Shown: positions 36,401-50,791, counted from the first letter of the stretch. The stretch: 58,521 nucleotides of DNA from Klebsormidium nitens (GCA_000708835.1 DF237506.1:1-58521), one strand, 5' to 3'. Made by a program: numbers and translations. Notes: generated by a model not told the origin, from the sequence alone.

Positions 36401-39400
36401 GGTCGACACATGGGAGAGATTCCGTAGAACCCTGCTCAGAAGACGCTGTGCGCTTGCACGATGCCTCCGCCCCGGCCTTACCTTTCCACTCCGCCTCGAC
36501 CGCCCGCAGGCGGACCTGCGCCTCCTCTTTTTGTCCCACCAGTTCCTGCCGCAACGCCTCGCTGCTGGCCGCCAGCGACCGGATCCGCGCCTCCGCGTCC
36601 TCCAGCGTGCGACTCCTGGAGACGGGGTGGAGCAGGCAGGCTCAGGACGAGAATGCACGAGCTTATGAAGAGATTGAACGGCAAATTCTACCTTCCCTAA
36701 ATTTAGAGCTCCGTTCAAAGGAGCTGGAACTCTGGAAACGCGACGGTGAGCAGTTGGGAGGGTCGAGTTGTAGCGGACAATGAGTGGACAGAAGGCCACG
36801 GGATCGGAGGCTTGCCTGGCTGCTAGCACCGCTGCATGGTCGTCTCGGGTCTGTGCGAGTTCCGCCGCTGCGTCATCTCGCTCAGCAAGCGCCCTAGAGA
36901 GCTCTTCTTGTGCCGTCTGCAGGGTACCCAAGCCCGTCAGCAAAGGGGTCGTTCAGACTCGCTTTTCCCTTGGTACGCAAAGTTACTTGCACTCGTTCTA
37001 GAGGTAGTACAGAGTAGCCGAAGCTTTCTTGCAGAGCTGGATACGCCGTCCTTGTGCTCAGCTCCAAAAACGTCCGAAAAGCCCGGCAGGTATAGGAAGA
37101 TCGACTCAGTCTTGGTGTAGTCAAGCCCACGACGAGCCCTGATCAGCGCATCGCTCCTGTTTGTTGGCTTACCGCGAGCGCCTCCTCTGCGTGGGTCAGC
37201 CTGGCGCTATCCTGTGCTGCAGCCAGCTCCTGATCTTTCTTCTTGAGCAGCGCGTGAGCGCGCACCTTGTACGCAGACAGCTCCGCCTCCAACCACGTGT
37301 GCTGCGCACAAACAAGCGACACTTGGTCAGCAACCCGAATCAGCACAGGGGTCCATGCGGACGAAGAGACTCGGAGATGCACTATGGCGGATCTTCGCAC
37401 CTTCGGAAGCTGATGTTGCAAGAGTTCCTCGATACATTTTGCGCTGCTTTGTTCGGCACCGAACTTGCTCGAAGTTGAAAGCTTTGGCATGAACTCTGGC
37501 ACGCTCTTCTGAAGCAGCCCGTCCTCTCTCACCTTTTCTGCGAGACTCGCCAGCTCCTTCTGCAGGTCGTCGATGGTCTGCTTCTGCCCCGAGACCTGCC
37601 CCTCCAGCCCTCCCCGCACCTCCGCTGCCTCCGCCTCCGCGTGCTGCCGCTGCGCTTCCGCTTTGGTCAGCCTCCGCTTCATCTCCCCTGCCGCTGCCCG
37701 CCACCGGTCCTTTTCTCCGGCCTGTGCACACACACGCACCGTCAGACTCGCAGCGGGGGCTTCTGGGGGAGGGCTGGAGGAGGGGGCTAGAGGGGGGGGT
37801 GCAGGGACGCCTCAGCGTGGGTCTGGGCGGTTTTGAGCATGGCAGTCATGGCCTGCGTGTACCACTCCTTGTCGCGGGCCTGGACAAAGGGGGAAGATGC
37901 CGGGTCAACAGTCAGGGGGCTGGCGGAGCCGCAGAAGATGACAGGCAGATAGGTCCGTCCAGAAGAGAGACACTCAATTAATCAAAAACATGGCAGAGAC
38001 ACACCAAAAGGGCCACGAAGCTTCCAGGAAGCTTGCAAAAACGAGGGAGGCCGCCTGTTTCCTCCCGTTGTCTCTGCCAAATCAAAGAAAACAGTGGCTC
38101 CAACTTGTTCCTACGGTGTCCTCAAGCACCTCCGCACTAATCCCATATATCTGAATGCATCCACCATTGACAGCGGGTGCTTCGACGGCTCACGTGCTCC
38201 TCTTCAATGCGCTTCAGTCGTGTCTTTGCCTCATCCAAGGCTGCCGAGAGCCGGGCCGACTCTCCCGACGCCGCCGCCTCAATCTCCGTCAGCCGCCGCT
38301 GCGCATCGGCCAGCTTGGCGTCCGCCGCAGCCGCATCGTTCTCCGCCTTTTTCCGTGCCGCCACTGCCTCTTCCACCCTCTCCTCGAGCGCTGCCTCGTG
38401 CTCCTTGATGGCGGCTTTGGACGCACTGTCCGCCGTCTCGTACTTCAGCTGCGCCTCACGCAAGGCCTCCTCCAGCTCCATGATCATCTGCAAGAAAGCA
38501 TGGGGGCAAAGCAGCAACGTTCAGCGATGGAGACCAACGGAAGGTGGGGTGTCCCCGAGGTTTCGTTTGAGTTTACGAGGGGGCACTAAAGAAGAACTCT
38601 CATCTGACAAAGTAGAGAGGAATAGATTCGCATGTTCACACTAGAATTGAGAACAAACTTTACTTTGACTTGTTCTTGCTGTGAGAATATCTGCAATCCG
38701 TCGTAGATGTTAGTTCCTTCTGACAACAAGTCTTCCCTGGTCGACATCGAAAGACGAGGGTTTCCTGGCCCCCCCACCTGCTCCTTTGCTGTGGCCAGCC
38801 TGCGCGACTCTTGCAATGCCGTCTCCTTCTGGTCCACTTGCCGCTGCACGCGGGCCAGCTCCTGGCGCAGCCCTTCCGCTGCCTCCCCGTGCTGCACCCC
38901 GGCAGCCTCGGCGGCACTGCTGCGCGCCGCGCTCGCCTCGGCAGCGGACTTCATGGCCTCGGCCAGCTGGCACGAAGAAGGGGGGAGGCTAAGATGTCAG
39001 CACAAGGACAGGCAGTGCAAATGACTACTTAAGGCACGGAGTAGACTGCAGATGCAAAGGAGATTTTGGATTTCACTATTTTGACTGCCCTCTATTCGTC
39101 CACTTCGTTGTCGATATGACGACTCGTCTGATTGATTGACGGATCCGCCGTGCGACTGACAGAATGGCACCCGGCCAGTAGACACCACCTGCAATCATCA
39201 CCTTACCTGGTGATCAAAGCCCAGCAAACTTTCGCACCTAATCAAGATTCCAGGGCAGCCTGACAGGTCAGATACTTCTGAGAGTTGAAAGGCGTGCAAG
39301 TAGCCCCGAAACAACAAGGAACATCCATCAAGGCTGACAGCCATGGCTGGGATACAGAACCGTTGCCTATTTCTTGCGACTTGCTTGCCCCCGTTCTTCA

Positions 39401-42400
39401 GACGAAGTTTTCTCCTTCCACCCAATACGTTTCTGACCCCATATATCATCGCGTTTCACCCCTGCAAACCCCCTCACCTGCTGTTCTGCGGCTTCCTTCT
39501 CCTGAGTGAGCTGCTGGATGCGCGCCTTGGCCCTCTTCTGTAGTAGGGCCAGGTTCTTCTCCAGCCCCGCCACCTTCTCATCCCGCTCCCGCAGGCCAGC
39601 CTCTAGAGCCGCCAGGGCTGCAGAACGGAAGAGGCAACGGAAGATGAGACACTCACTGGACAGTATGTACCTTCATCTCAGCACATCCATTAATGGAAAG
39701 ACAGCGCGAAGCACAACGTTCCATAGCTTTTTGAATGCCCAGGCACTTAAGTGAGTACACATACTGAAAGCAAGACAGCCAATGCTAGGAGGGATTCCCC
39801 CTCTGAGCTGTTCACAGAATGGCCACACCACAGCCCCATTCGTGTGAGACCGCCTACGACAGATGTACCTTCAGCATGCTTTGCCTGATCCTCTTGGCTC
39901 ATCGCCGCCTCTGCTGCGGATCCCGGGGCAGGCGCTGTCCCTGCGGGCTCCGTGGCCGCCAGCTGCTCCTGCAGCTCCGCATTGGCCTGCTGCGCCTCCC
40001 TCAGCTGCTGGGATGCCGTCTGCAGCTCCTCCTGTGCCATCTGCAGCTTCCGCTGCAAATGAGCCACAGCCGTCCCCACATCGCTGCTCTGCGCTTTCTC
40101 CTCCTCCAGTCTTTCCAGCTGGGCGCTGAGACCCTCAAACTCCCTGGCACTGTCAGATGGCGCCTGGCCAGTCTCCGCTCTCCCCCCCTCATGCTCTTCA
40201 AGTTGCGCTTTCAGGTTAGCAACTTCCGCGCTCAACTCAATGGCTCTAGCGGACTGTGCGCTAGCCTCATTTTGTGCCTCTTCCAACATGGCACGAGCAG
40301 CTGCAAGCTCCGTCCGCATCTCGGACAAACCGGACTCAACCTTGGACTTTGCGAGTTCCGCCTCCTTTCTTGTTTCCGCAATCTGTGACATCTCTGACTG
40401 GGCTGCTTCCAGTTCCTCTCGCATCCCCGCAAGTTGCGCCTCCAGTTCCACTCTAGCTTGTTCCCCCTCTTTCTTCGCTGCTTCAGACCTCTCCGTCTCA
40501 GTCACGAGCATCCCCTCCAGTTCCTTCGCCCTCTTTTCTGCCCCCTCCACATCAAGGAGGGCAGATGTCAGCTCTGCCCTCACCTTTTCTAGCTCCTCAC
40601 TGACAGCCCCTCTCTCCGCAGCACCCCGCCGCGCCGCCTCCAGTTCAGCAACAGTCTGCTCTTGCGCACGAACTGCCGCCTCCACCCTCTCCTCGGAAGC
40701 TTCAAGTGCTGCCTTTGCTGACCCTACTTCCGTTTGCAGCTCCGCCACCTTCCGCTCTAACTCTGCCCTCTTAGAGACCCCTTCTTCTGCAGCCAACTTT
40801 GCTGCGTCTTTCTCCCCCTCAATTGCTGCCTTTGCAGCCTGAAGGCTCGCCAGTTCTGCTTGAAGCTGCTCCTCCCCTCTGTTCTTGGCTGCTACAGTCT
40901 CTGCTAGTTTCTCCTCGGTAGTCTTCAGCTTCGATTCTAGGTCCACCACCTTGCCCTTGGCCTCGGCAGCAGCCTGGTCCATCTGTGCCAAGGTCTTCTT
41001 CGCATCGCTTGCTTCTCCCTCTGCTCTCCCTCTCCCCTCTTGAGCATCTCGCAGCTCCTTTTGCAGCTCTTGCACCTTAGCCTCCAGGCTTCCCGCCGAC
41101 GCCTGGACTGCCTCCTGCATGTCCAGACTCTCTTTCCGCGCCCTCTCCAGCTCCCCCTGCGCCGCCTCCAGTTTCGCCTGCAGGTCACTCACGGCCGCCT
41201 TCAGACTTTCCTGGGCCTCCAAATGGCCCTCCTTTGTCTTTTCCAAGTCCTTCTGAGCATCTGCCAGTGCAGACTTCTGAGCGGCCAATTCTTCCCCAAC
41301 CTCAGTGCTCCTCCTTACATGTTCGTCGATCTGCACTTCCGCCTCTGACAATTCCCCCTTCAACCTTTCAATGTCGCTCTCCTTCGCTGCCATTTCTTGT
41401 TTCTGTGCTAATTGCTTGGCTTCCATCTCAACTATCTCGGATTCCCGTTCCTTCCGAAGCTGCCCCAGTTCTAGCTCCATCTCCTTGCTCTTCTCTACTT
41501 GTGCCCGCAGCTCATTCACTTCCGTCAGCAGCACAGCCTTCTCCTCAGCCAGGCTTCGCCCCTCTTGCTTTGCCCCCTCAATCATGCTCTTTGCCTTGGC
41601 TTTCAAGTCCCCAAGCTGCTTCCGTAGGGTGTCCTCCACTTCCCCCTTTGCCGCTACTTCCTTCTCCGCCGCCTCTAGACGCACCCTCACAGCCTGCACC
41701 TCCAGCAGGCTCTTCTGCTCCGTGTCAGCATTCTCCTTCTCCCAAGTGGCCCCCGCCTCCTTTGCTGTCTCCAGGGCTGCAGCCAATTGTGCCTTTTCTT
41801 CCTCCAGCGCGCGCAACAGAGCCTCAGCGGCTCCGTGCTCCTCTGTGCCTCTAGCTTGCATCTTCGCCAGGTCCGCCTGCAACTTAGATTGCTCCTCTTC
41901 CGCCGCCTGCACCTCCGTCTTCAGTTGTGCCACTTCCGCTCTCGCTGTTTCAAGCTGGCCCTCCAGCTCCGCATTTGCCTTCGCTGCCCCTTCGGCCTCC
42001 CTCAGCACAGTCTCCAGTCTTTCCACTTCGTTCTTTGCCTTCTCATGCTCGCTCGAAAGAGCCCCGTACTTCTCCGCCGACGCCGCCATATTCCCCTGCA
42101 GCCCTTCGTACTTCTCCTTCAGCTCCACCATCTGACTCAGTGCTTCCTCTTGCTTTGCAGCAGCCCCAGTCTCCAACTCAGCCAGAGCCCTCTGCGCACT
42201 GTCCAATGCGGCCTTCAATGCCAGCGCCTCTTCCTTGGCCCTCGCTCCTTCCTGTTTCACCCGCTCCAACTCCTCCGTTTTCTGACCCGCTGCTTCTGAG
42301 CTGCTCTTCAAGTCCCGAAGTTGGGTGCTTGCTTCTTCCAAAGACTTCCTCGCCCCCTCCAACTCTGCCCTCAGTTCATTCACCTCTTTGCTTGCAGCCT

Positions 42401-45400
42401 CGCTTTCCTTTGCCTTCACCCCCGTCTCCTTCAGACGCCGTTGCAGTTCCTGAAGCTGGGCACCGGCGCCCTCTGAAGCTCTCCGAGCCTCCTCCAAGTC
42501 CGCTTTGAGATCAGCCACCTCCTTGGCCGCGGCTTCAGCGCTCACATTCCTCTCTTCTACCAACTTCTTCGCCTTCTGTCTCTCTGCCTCCAAGTCAGCC
42601 ACCACCTTCCCCAGCTCAGCCTCCTTGGCTTGGAGTTGCTCTTCCAGGGCTGCCACCTCACTGCCCCGTCTTGACTCCATCTCTTTCTGCGCCTCCGTCC
42701 GCTCGTTAGCTACATCTTCCTGCTCCCTCCTCAGCCTCTCACACTCCCCTCGTGCGTGCTGCAGCTGCTTCTCCAGCCCCTCAACCACCGTCTCCAGGCT
42801 CTCTTTCTCCGCCACTTGGCACAGCGCGTCCCTCAGCTGCTGCTCCAATTCCTCCAGCCGCCCCCGTCCTTGGCCAATCTCCTCATCCCGCTTCTTCAGC
42901 TCTGCCGACAGCGCCGCTCGCGCATCGTCTGCCTCCTTGACTGCCTGCCGGTTCTCCTCCTCAAGCTTCTGGACGATGACGCTCAGCTGTCCAATGCGCG
43001 TGTTGGATTCAGCCAGTGCAGCCATGCTGCTCCCGACCTGGCCCTGCAGCTCCGCTTTAGACGCCTCCAGCGAGCTCACGGCGCCCGCCGCCTCCTCTGC
43101 GGTTCGGCGGGCCTGCTCCAGGTGCCTCACCTGCAGAAACCATTGAAAGGGTCAATGCCGCGTTGCAGAGATGCACTTGGCCAGAAGAACTTAAGGTCAT
43201 CAATCGACAAAGCTCATTGCCTCATTGTGACGATGTCATCATGTCGCAAGGACGGGGAAAAAGATCCTCGTAAAATTGACTCCAGGATGCCCATATATTC
43301 GCGTCGTTGAGGGACGATCGACGCATTTGTGTGGACAAAGAACCTGCTTGTATGCCAGCTCACTCAGACTTCCTCACCATCTTCTCTGACCTGAGCCCCA
43401 AAAGCACAAAAAGGAACCGATGAGGTGGCAAAACAGTGACTGTGTCAAGGAGTCACGCAACCTCTTGCTGCGTTTGTAATGTCACCCAGACAGACCTTTC
43501 CACATGCTCAAGTTTCCGTGTACCTTGTCCTTCCTTAAGAACTTGGTTCGCATCTATGCCCATAGCAAACTGTGCGGAAAACACAAGTTCTGCAGCTATG
43601 CCCAGTGCCTACCTGCTCCTCCAGGACTGCCAACTTGTTCTCAGCGTCCGCCTTCGCCCGAGCACTGCGTGCCGCTAGGTCCTGGGCTTCAGCAAGCCCC
43701 TTTTTCAGAACCTCGTCCTCGTGTGCTGCCACCTTGTGTTCTGCCAGTACCTCCTCAGCCTGCTCTTTGGCCTTCGTCAGATCTTGCACCTGGACGAGGA
43801 TAGGCTCGTCACTCGCTGAAGCCCTGGACTTTGGAAGTGGGGCAAACAAACAGCTGGATGATGGCACTACAAATGTTATTTACAGTAACTGAAATGGCGG
43901 GTTATGTGGCATCCCTGCTTTGCGTCAATCCTCACCTGCCTCTCTAGCTGCATCAACCGGGATTGCGCTTGTTTCTGGACTTCATTGACTTGCCCAGCCA
44001 TCAAGTCACGTCCTTGTTCCAGGTTTTCAATGTCAGCAAGCAGCCGTTGATTGGCTGCCTTCAGATCTGCAACCTGATCGGAGACGTCCTGGCCCTGAAG
44101 GCAGGATAAGACAAGTGCGTAAGTTCTAGGAGCCTACAGTGCAAGATCTGACGACCGCTGAGCCGGTGCTGGACGTAAGCCCCTCTGCAATATGAGGATA
44201 CTGCTTCTCTCGAGCAAACAAAACGGTTTGTCTTCAATGTGGACAGAAGATCAATGCAGTAACAACTGCCCTTGTGTCCCCTAACCTGAGTCTTCTTCTC
44301 CAGTTCCGCCACTCTGCCCAGCAACTCCTGCTCCTTTGCTGCTCTTGCCTCCAGTTCCGCCCTGGCCTGCGAAAGCCGCTGCCTGGCTTTTTCCTGCAAC
44401 CAGTGAAGAACACGCTCCACATGATCATAAATTAAGCGAAAGGTAGAGTATGCCCCGACTCAAAGAACAATAAAACAGACGATGTCAGGTATTAACCTCC
44501 GCAAGGGCTTGTGTCACGAAAGGCACAGCATTGCAACCAGAGCTAGCAGATATGAGATAATAGCAGTCCAGACAGCACCACGTACCTTTATGCTGTTTGC
44601 ATAATCCTCTGCCGTGCTTCTCTGAGCACTGGCCTCCTGCAACTGCTGTTGCAACCCCTCAAGCATCTGCATGATGCAGTACAGTACCGGAGATCAGAAA
44701 TACGACTTGTCCAACAATTATGCAATAAGCTTGCATACAAAAATGCGGAATGCGGACAACATGGTCGTAGAGAAGACCCACATACCGTCACAAAGTGCTT
44801 TAAAAGACCCCTGACTCTGACCCCTTCAATGCAGTGGTTGCTGACACTTGCACAGTTGAAGCACAGGTCAAAAGCATGAACGGGCATCTTTGACAGGCCC
44901 ACCTTAAAGTGGGCATCTTTGTCTTGCGTGACCTCGCTCAGCTTCTTCCGAAGGCGCTCCCCCTCTTCCTGCGCAGCTGTAGCCACAGTCTGGCTCTCCG
45001 ATATCTTGGCGGCAGCGGTGAGCAATTGCGCCTCAAGCGCCTCACATTTCTACAAAAACCACCATGGAACTGTCATTAACACGGTGGTGCACATTACTGA
45101 CTACTCCACAACCTGAATAGCAACCCACAATCACATAGAGAGGCTACAACAATCTAGAAAGCAGCTTGGGACAAAAGTTCTCCGTCAAATGAACAGAAAG
45201 ACAAGGAAGCAGAATTCTTGGTTGCCACCAGCATGTCAATGCATCACATGCTGCAAAACTCACAACCTCTTCTACCTGTCTGCACGCTCACCTTCGACAG
45301 ATCCTCGATTTGGTTGTTGTCAGGGCCCCTTGTCCCTGCCTGAGCCTGAGCCAAAGCAGCTTCGGCTGTGGTGGCTCGGAGCTCGGCTGCTTCAAGCTTT

Positions 45401-45768
45401 GCGGCAAGATCTGCTTGCTGCTTCTTGAGAGCAGCCATGATCTGAATGGTGGATAGAGTTGACTTGAGGAGTCGGATATACTGATGGGGTTTGTCGCCGG
45501 GATGGATCACATTCTTCCGTCCAGCCACAATGACATGACTACACGAAGGAGCAACTTACACCCGTCGAGTCTTTTGCACCGCACAGTCTCAGGTGCGAAT
45601 TGCAAAGCTTCTTTAAGGTGCTCGCATGATCCAGGCAAGAATGCTGATCTGCAAACTTCTCCCAGCATGCTTGCAGCAGCCTATCAAGAAGCTCACCTTC
45701 TTTTTCATGGCCGACATCTCCGTTTGCAGCCGGGCATTTTCAGCACGCAACTCTTCAGGGCTTTCCAT
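33430..45768 (-). CDS. GRIP: GRIP-domain trans-Golgi golgin (AtGRIP-like) with a very long N-terminal coiled-coil extension
   Basis: C-terminal exons give ARQQAQRDEEIAKCRRNIQLLEEEVAELEHENRLRSQQ|EAVLKEELRRLDRNEKRESVDMTYLKNVVLKLLETG|EVNALLPVLQMLLQLSPEE|VTRVRAAY..TKSS* (33430). Internal ELSAYKVRAHALLKKKDQELAAAQDS and QKRAKARIQQLTQEK match AtGRIP as remembered. One 3262-nt exon (43130-39869) plus many small exons up to MESPEELRAEN (45768). Confidence 0.9.
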
Positions 45769-46478
45769 CGTTGAGATCTGCGCAACTATTCAGGGACGGT
45801 GTTTGCTGAGCCTGGATGATCAGTGCAAACGCCGACCTCAATCGGCTGCAGCATATAGATGAAGATCATGGACCTGGGCAGCAAAGTTACCTTCGCCTGG
45901 TTGCCTGAAAGAAGAGCTCACACACGGCATGATCTATAGGAGCGCCCAGCTAGAGAGGGCTTTGGATTGCCAATGCCAATGCCAATGGCGAACATGGCGG
46001 CCCCAACTTGTGCACGCTCGATCAGCTGAAGAAGGCAAGCTACGGTAGTGCTGATCGGCACGTACCGTATGCCGCAAATGGCGAAAAGGCCGTTAGCAGC
46101 TCGTATAAGCCTTCGTAAATGAGCAACTTGTGTCCGTATAAGGAAGCTAACGTGGACAACTTTGCGCCGACTTGCCTGCTACCTTTAAGGTTACTGAGAT
46201 TCTTCCCCTCAAACGTAAATTGGGGCCAGGACGATCTTCATACGGCCCAGACTGGCTGGAAACGCCTCTATATACGCCTCCGTACACTGGTATAAGCTGC
46301 CGGCTACAGTTCTGGGCTGTCCACATGATCGTCTCAGCCTTGGGCTTCCACACGACCGCTTCCTTGCATGAGAACGAGAAAGCGGGCTCCACTTCTCCCT
46401 CACCCAGTCAATGTCATTGTGCTGTGACGTGCGACGTGAAGTACGGATTGCAGCACTGGGGATGCGCCACCAAGGACC

Positions 46479-49400
46479 ATGGGGGACAAAAATGGGGTCC
46501 ACGCTGTCTTCAATCTGAATCCAAAGGGCGCTGGGACCCTGAAGCTCCAGTCGGTGGTGCAGGAGAAGTTGCTGAGCTTCTTGGAGGCAGACTACACTGA
46601 CAAAGTCCTGGCGGAGTACATTGTTGTGTTGGTGGCCCACGGGAAGACCCAGAGCCAGGCCGCAGGGGAGCTGGAGGCCTTCCTGGGGCCAGAGAGGTCC
46701 AACTCCTTCACCGAATGGTGCGTGCCGTGTCAGGGCTGCCAAAGTGAACGTACTGTGTACATTGCAGACAGTGGTGGTACAGTTTGCAATTTGTGCACCT
46801 TGTTGCGTTGCATCCAATCACCCGGACGTGTGCGTCATTCTTTGCTTTTAGTCTTACCTCCTTTTGGCTGGCGCCTGCAAAGAAGGAAAGGCGCTTAATT
46901 CTGATTGCTGTGCAGGTTGTGGGACCATGTGTCTGCAAATCTGAGCATCTACTCAAACGCCAGCGAACCCGACCCTGATGCTGGCACCGAGGTCAGCCCG
47001 CGGCAGAGCGAGGCCAGCTCGGAATCAGAGGCCAGCGAGGGTCCCGAGTCGGGGGATGAGGAGCAGCTTGGAACTAGCTTCGAGAGGGCAGCTCGTTCCA
47101 ATCGGGGAGAGGACGAGAGATACCATGAAACATCGCAAGATCAGCGTGCACGGGTGGATGATAGGGATGATCAAAGAGGGGCCTTGCGGCACCGGAAGGA
47201 GCACGATGGCAGGAGTGGTCACCATCGGCATGAGAGGGAAAAAGAGGAGAGAGACTCAGGAGAGAGACGGCGCGGTGAGGAGCGAAGACGCAGCAGCCCC
47301 CCAGAAAGAGTTGAGCGTGAGGAGAGGCGGTCGCACCAGAGGCGCAAGTCGAGGGAAGACTGGCACAGGGAACGGAAGGGGAGGGGGTTTGGAGAAGATG
47401 ACCGGCATGAGAGAGACAGCAGGCATGGAGAGAGGGAGCACTACGGACGGGACCACCCGCTGCCCCCTCCCCCGCCACCACCGCCGCGAGGGGAGCCCTT
47501 TCTGGAGGAGAGGAGAGGGGACTGGGGTGGAGGTCGCAGGGACGAGCAGCGGTCCATGGCGGAGGAAGGGGCTCGAGTCCAGCGGCAAAATAGCACTCGG
47601 ATGGAAGGGGGAATGCTGGGGCAGAAACGGCCGTGGCAGGTGGCGCAGGCGAATATGGGTGAGGGGCGCATTTTCCACCGGTGTGCGTCCCAGTTCCAGG
47701 ACGCCATGCTTTCGCCGGGAACCAAGAGGGAATGTCTGGATTGTTAGCTCTGCTGATTCATCAAATGCGTTCCCTGCTTTAGTGCCAGCCATCCTGCTTG
47801 TCCCTGCGCTCATTGTCCCAATGCTCTTTCACCGGCGTATCTCCGTTGTTGCCAGTAGGGTGACAGGAATTGGTTTCCCTCTCTTTGCTGACGAAGAGCC
47901 CATGCCACTTTCTGATACAACTTTGTGTGACATCCCCTGGAATTACTTGGATTTGAATCATACCCGTTGTTTTGGCAGATGCTCATTCGAGCGACCCTCC
48001 CCCGCCGCCGCGGTCTCGGCCGCGCCTGGCTGGCATCCCCGACTATGCCCGCATCATGGGCATAGCGCTGAAAGCTGTTGCAGAAGCAGCCGATGAGGCT
48101 GCACAAGCGGCCAAAGGTGGGCCAGCGGCTCCCCCTGCACCTGCTCCTGCAACCCGAGTTGCGGGGGGCGATGTCTGGCAGCGCTTGAGCGCGGAAGCGA
48201 CATGGAAGAGCGGCAGGGCAGAACATCCCCGGGAAGAGGAGCCCCTTGTAGCACAGCAGGAGCTGGAGCAGCCCGGCCGGGATGCGGAGCGGCGTCGGAT
48301 GAATGCGAAGCTGCGGGAGAGGCTCACCAAGGCGGCAGACGTTACGAAGAAGATGGTGCGGGAGGGCCCGGCAGGCCCATCGGTGACGGTCACTTTCAGG
48401 GCGAGAGAGCGGGCATCCCGAGGGCCGAGGCTGCACCGGAGGCAGTTCGACGCCCAAGAGCAGCCCCCGCAGGAGGCCGCCTGGCAGGAGGAGTCGGTGG
48501 ATCGAAACGGAGACCGGCGGGTCGAGCGGGAGAGCAGGAGGTGGGGGGAGGCGGAGGCCACCGAGGTGGAGCCAGAGGCTGAAGAGGTGGCGCCAGAAGA
48601 AGAGCAGCCAGAAGAGGTGCAGTGGCAAGAAGTAGAGGAGGGGGAGGAACAAGAAGAGGCGGCCTTTGAGGAGGGAATGGAGGCCGCAGAAGAGGAGCCG
48701 GGGACAAGCGTGGATGTTGACGTGGCAGAGATGAAGCGGCGCATGCGAGCGGTGCAGCTGGAGATGATCAAGCTGCGGGCCAAGCAGAGGGAAGGCGAGC
48801 GGACCCAGGCGGCACTGCCAGGTGAGCCGCACGCGCAAGCAAACCTGATGGACGTAACTGCTTCGATCGATCGAGAATATTAGAAGAACCCCTGGGTAAA
48901 AGGGTACAGAATAGCTAAGGCAGAAGCGACCAAGTGTATTAAGTTGCAAAGCCGTTCTTTGTCCACTTATGAAGCTGACTGTCCACATCTGGAGCTGACT
49001 TCGAAGACATGCTATTGCTTCTGCTCTCGATCGATTGTGAAGGACTTAGAGCCACTAGTTTCACCCGTCGAAGTATTGACAACACTGATCTTGGAGAGCA
49101 ATCGGTCATGGTCTTATTGTGTGGGCAAATCAAACATGTCCATGCGTTACATTCCCGTGTTCTTGATTGAGAAAGGACTCGTTGCTTCCACACTTCACCT
49201 GGAGAGAACACCCTACTCCTTAACAGGTTGATCCGTACGGCTTTCGTATGGTCTCGACCTTCACGGCATGATTGTACAATACGGTCTTTTCTGGGTTTGA
49301 CATGCGGCTCTCACCTACTTGAAAGAGAAGGCTGGTTGGGTTCCTCATATCAAGAAACTACTCAAGAGATAATGGCGACGTCGGCCAGCAGGAAGCCCGG

Positions 49401-50791
49401 ACGATGCTATCTGAACTGAGGAGGTTCTCGAAGAGATTAGGTCGAGCCTTCTTTAATTGGCTTCGAACATCCGTATTGTGGTGCTCTTGTTATGCAGGTC
49501 CCCTGCCCGTGGTAAAGCCGCCCACCCCGCAGGAGCTCGACGCCCGCACCGTCGTTGTGTCTAACGTAAGCCACAGACCTGTGCTTGAGCCTAGAGCCAG
49601 CTGCGCCTTTTTGATCTCGGGTTGTCCGGTATACGAGCGGCTTGCTTCGATGCTTCATGCGGTCAGACATCCGTGATTGATGCGCGGTGTCTTCATAGTG
49701 CAAGCGCTGCGACTCTTGGTTGCCAACGCCTTCCCGTAGGCTCCTACCCGGCCTGCTGGCATGCTCTTTCCTTGCCCTCGATCTGTGGTGCTCACGTTCC
49801 ATCCGTCACCCTGCAGGTTCACTTCGCTGCCACCAAGGAGGTGCTCGCGGCCCACTTCAGTCAGGCGGGCGCTGTCACGGACGTCCGTATCCTGCTGGAC
49901 CCAGGCACCGGCAGGCCCCGAGGGTGAGACGCACCGTCGGCCCTACACCAAACGGAGATCCCTTGCTTTGCCGCCTAGATAGATTGAAGCACCGCGCCCT
50001 GTCACCCTACCTTTCACCAGGAGTAAGGAGTGGGTAGAACCACGCGCGCACTTCCAACATCAAGGGCGTCCGGTGGGAACCACTTCTAGGAACTCTTACG
50101 TTGGGCTAACTCGACGGCCGCTCTTTGCTGCAGTTGTGCGTTCATCACGTTCGACTCCGAGGATGCTAAGGAGCAAGCTCTTGGCTTGGACGGCACGTCC
50201 ATCCTGTCCAGGCAGCTCAAGGTAAGCCGGGCAGCACCCGCAAACAGAGACCGCACCCGCAAATATTGACGGAGCATAGGGCATATGCTCCGTCAATATT
50301 TTCAATTCAGAGCTTTGTCCTTCCTGCCTCGTATCTTTCCAGTCAACCTCACTCCCACCTCTGACCTGAATGAAAGCTCCTGATTCTACGTGCGTCGCCG
50401 AATAATTTCGCACTTTTGGTTCAAAAGGGTACATAACGAGTCCCCGGTCCCTCGCTCCTCGCAGGTCGCCCCCAAGTCCAGTGCTTTGGCCATCTTGAAG
50501 TCGCTGCCCACCTTCGTGCCACGCCCTGTGCCTGCTCCCCTGGTCGCGAGGGGACCCCGGCAACCCCTCCGGCGAGGCGCAGTGAGGGGGGCCAGCACCA
50601 AATGGGTGCGCCCAGGTGCTATGATGCCCCCCCCCGCCAAGTCGCCCCGGTCGCCCCCCATTCCGCAGAACCTGACCTGGCGGCGGTCGGCCAGCACGGG
50701 AACCCCGCCTGCCGTTGTCAACCAGAGCCAGCCTGCGAACAGCGTGGCAGACCATGCCGATGCGGACAATGGAGGAGCTAGGGAAGCATAG
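46479..50791 (+). CDS. PWI-like (Nab2/ZC3H14-type N-terminus) plus PABPN1-like RRM RNA-binding protein
   Basis: Exon 1 has KLLSFLEADYTDKVLAEYIVVLVAHGKTQSQAAGELEAFLG..SFTEW|LWDH. An Arg/Glu-rich middle follows. Spliced RRM: DARTVVVSN|VHFAATKEVLAAHFSQAGAVTDVRILLDPGTGRPRG|CAFITF..ALGLDGTSILSRQLK|VAPK. Tail has KWVRPG and NLTWRR, stop at 50791. Confidence 0.88.

Noticed and set aside
39819-43310. Many long plus-strand ORFs rich in S/A/L/P
   Set aside because: Antisense shadows of the E/A/K-rich GRIP exon.
45769-46478. Divergent gene pairs (GRIP/PWI-RRM here; Kir/reticulon at 11136-11822) as bidirectional promoters
   Set aside because: About 700-bp head-to-head spacing is ordinary in a compact genome, and no specific cis-element could be supported.
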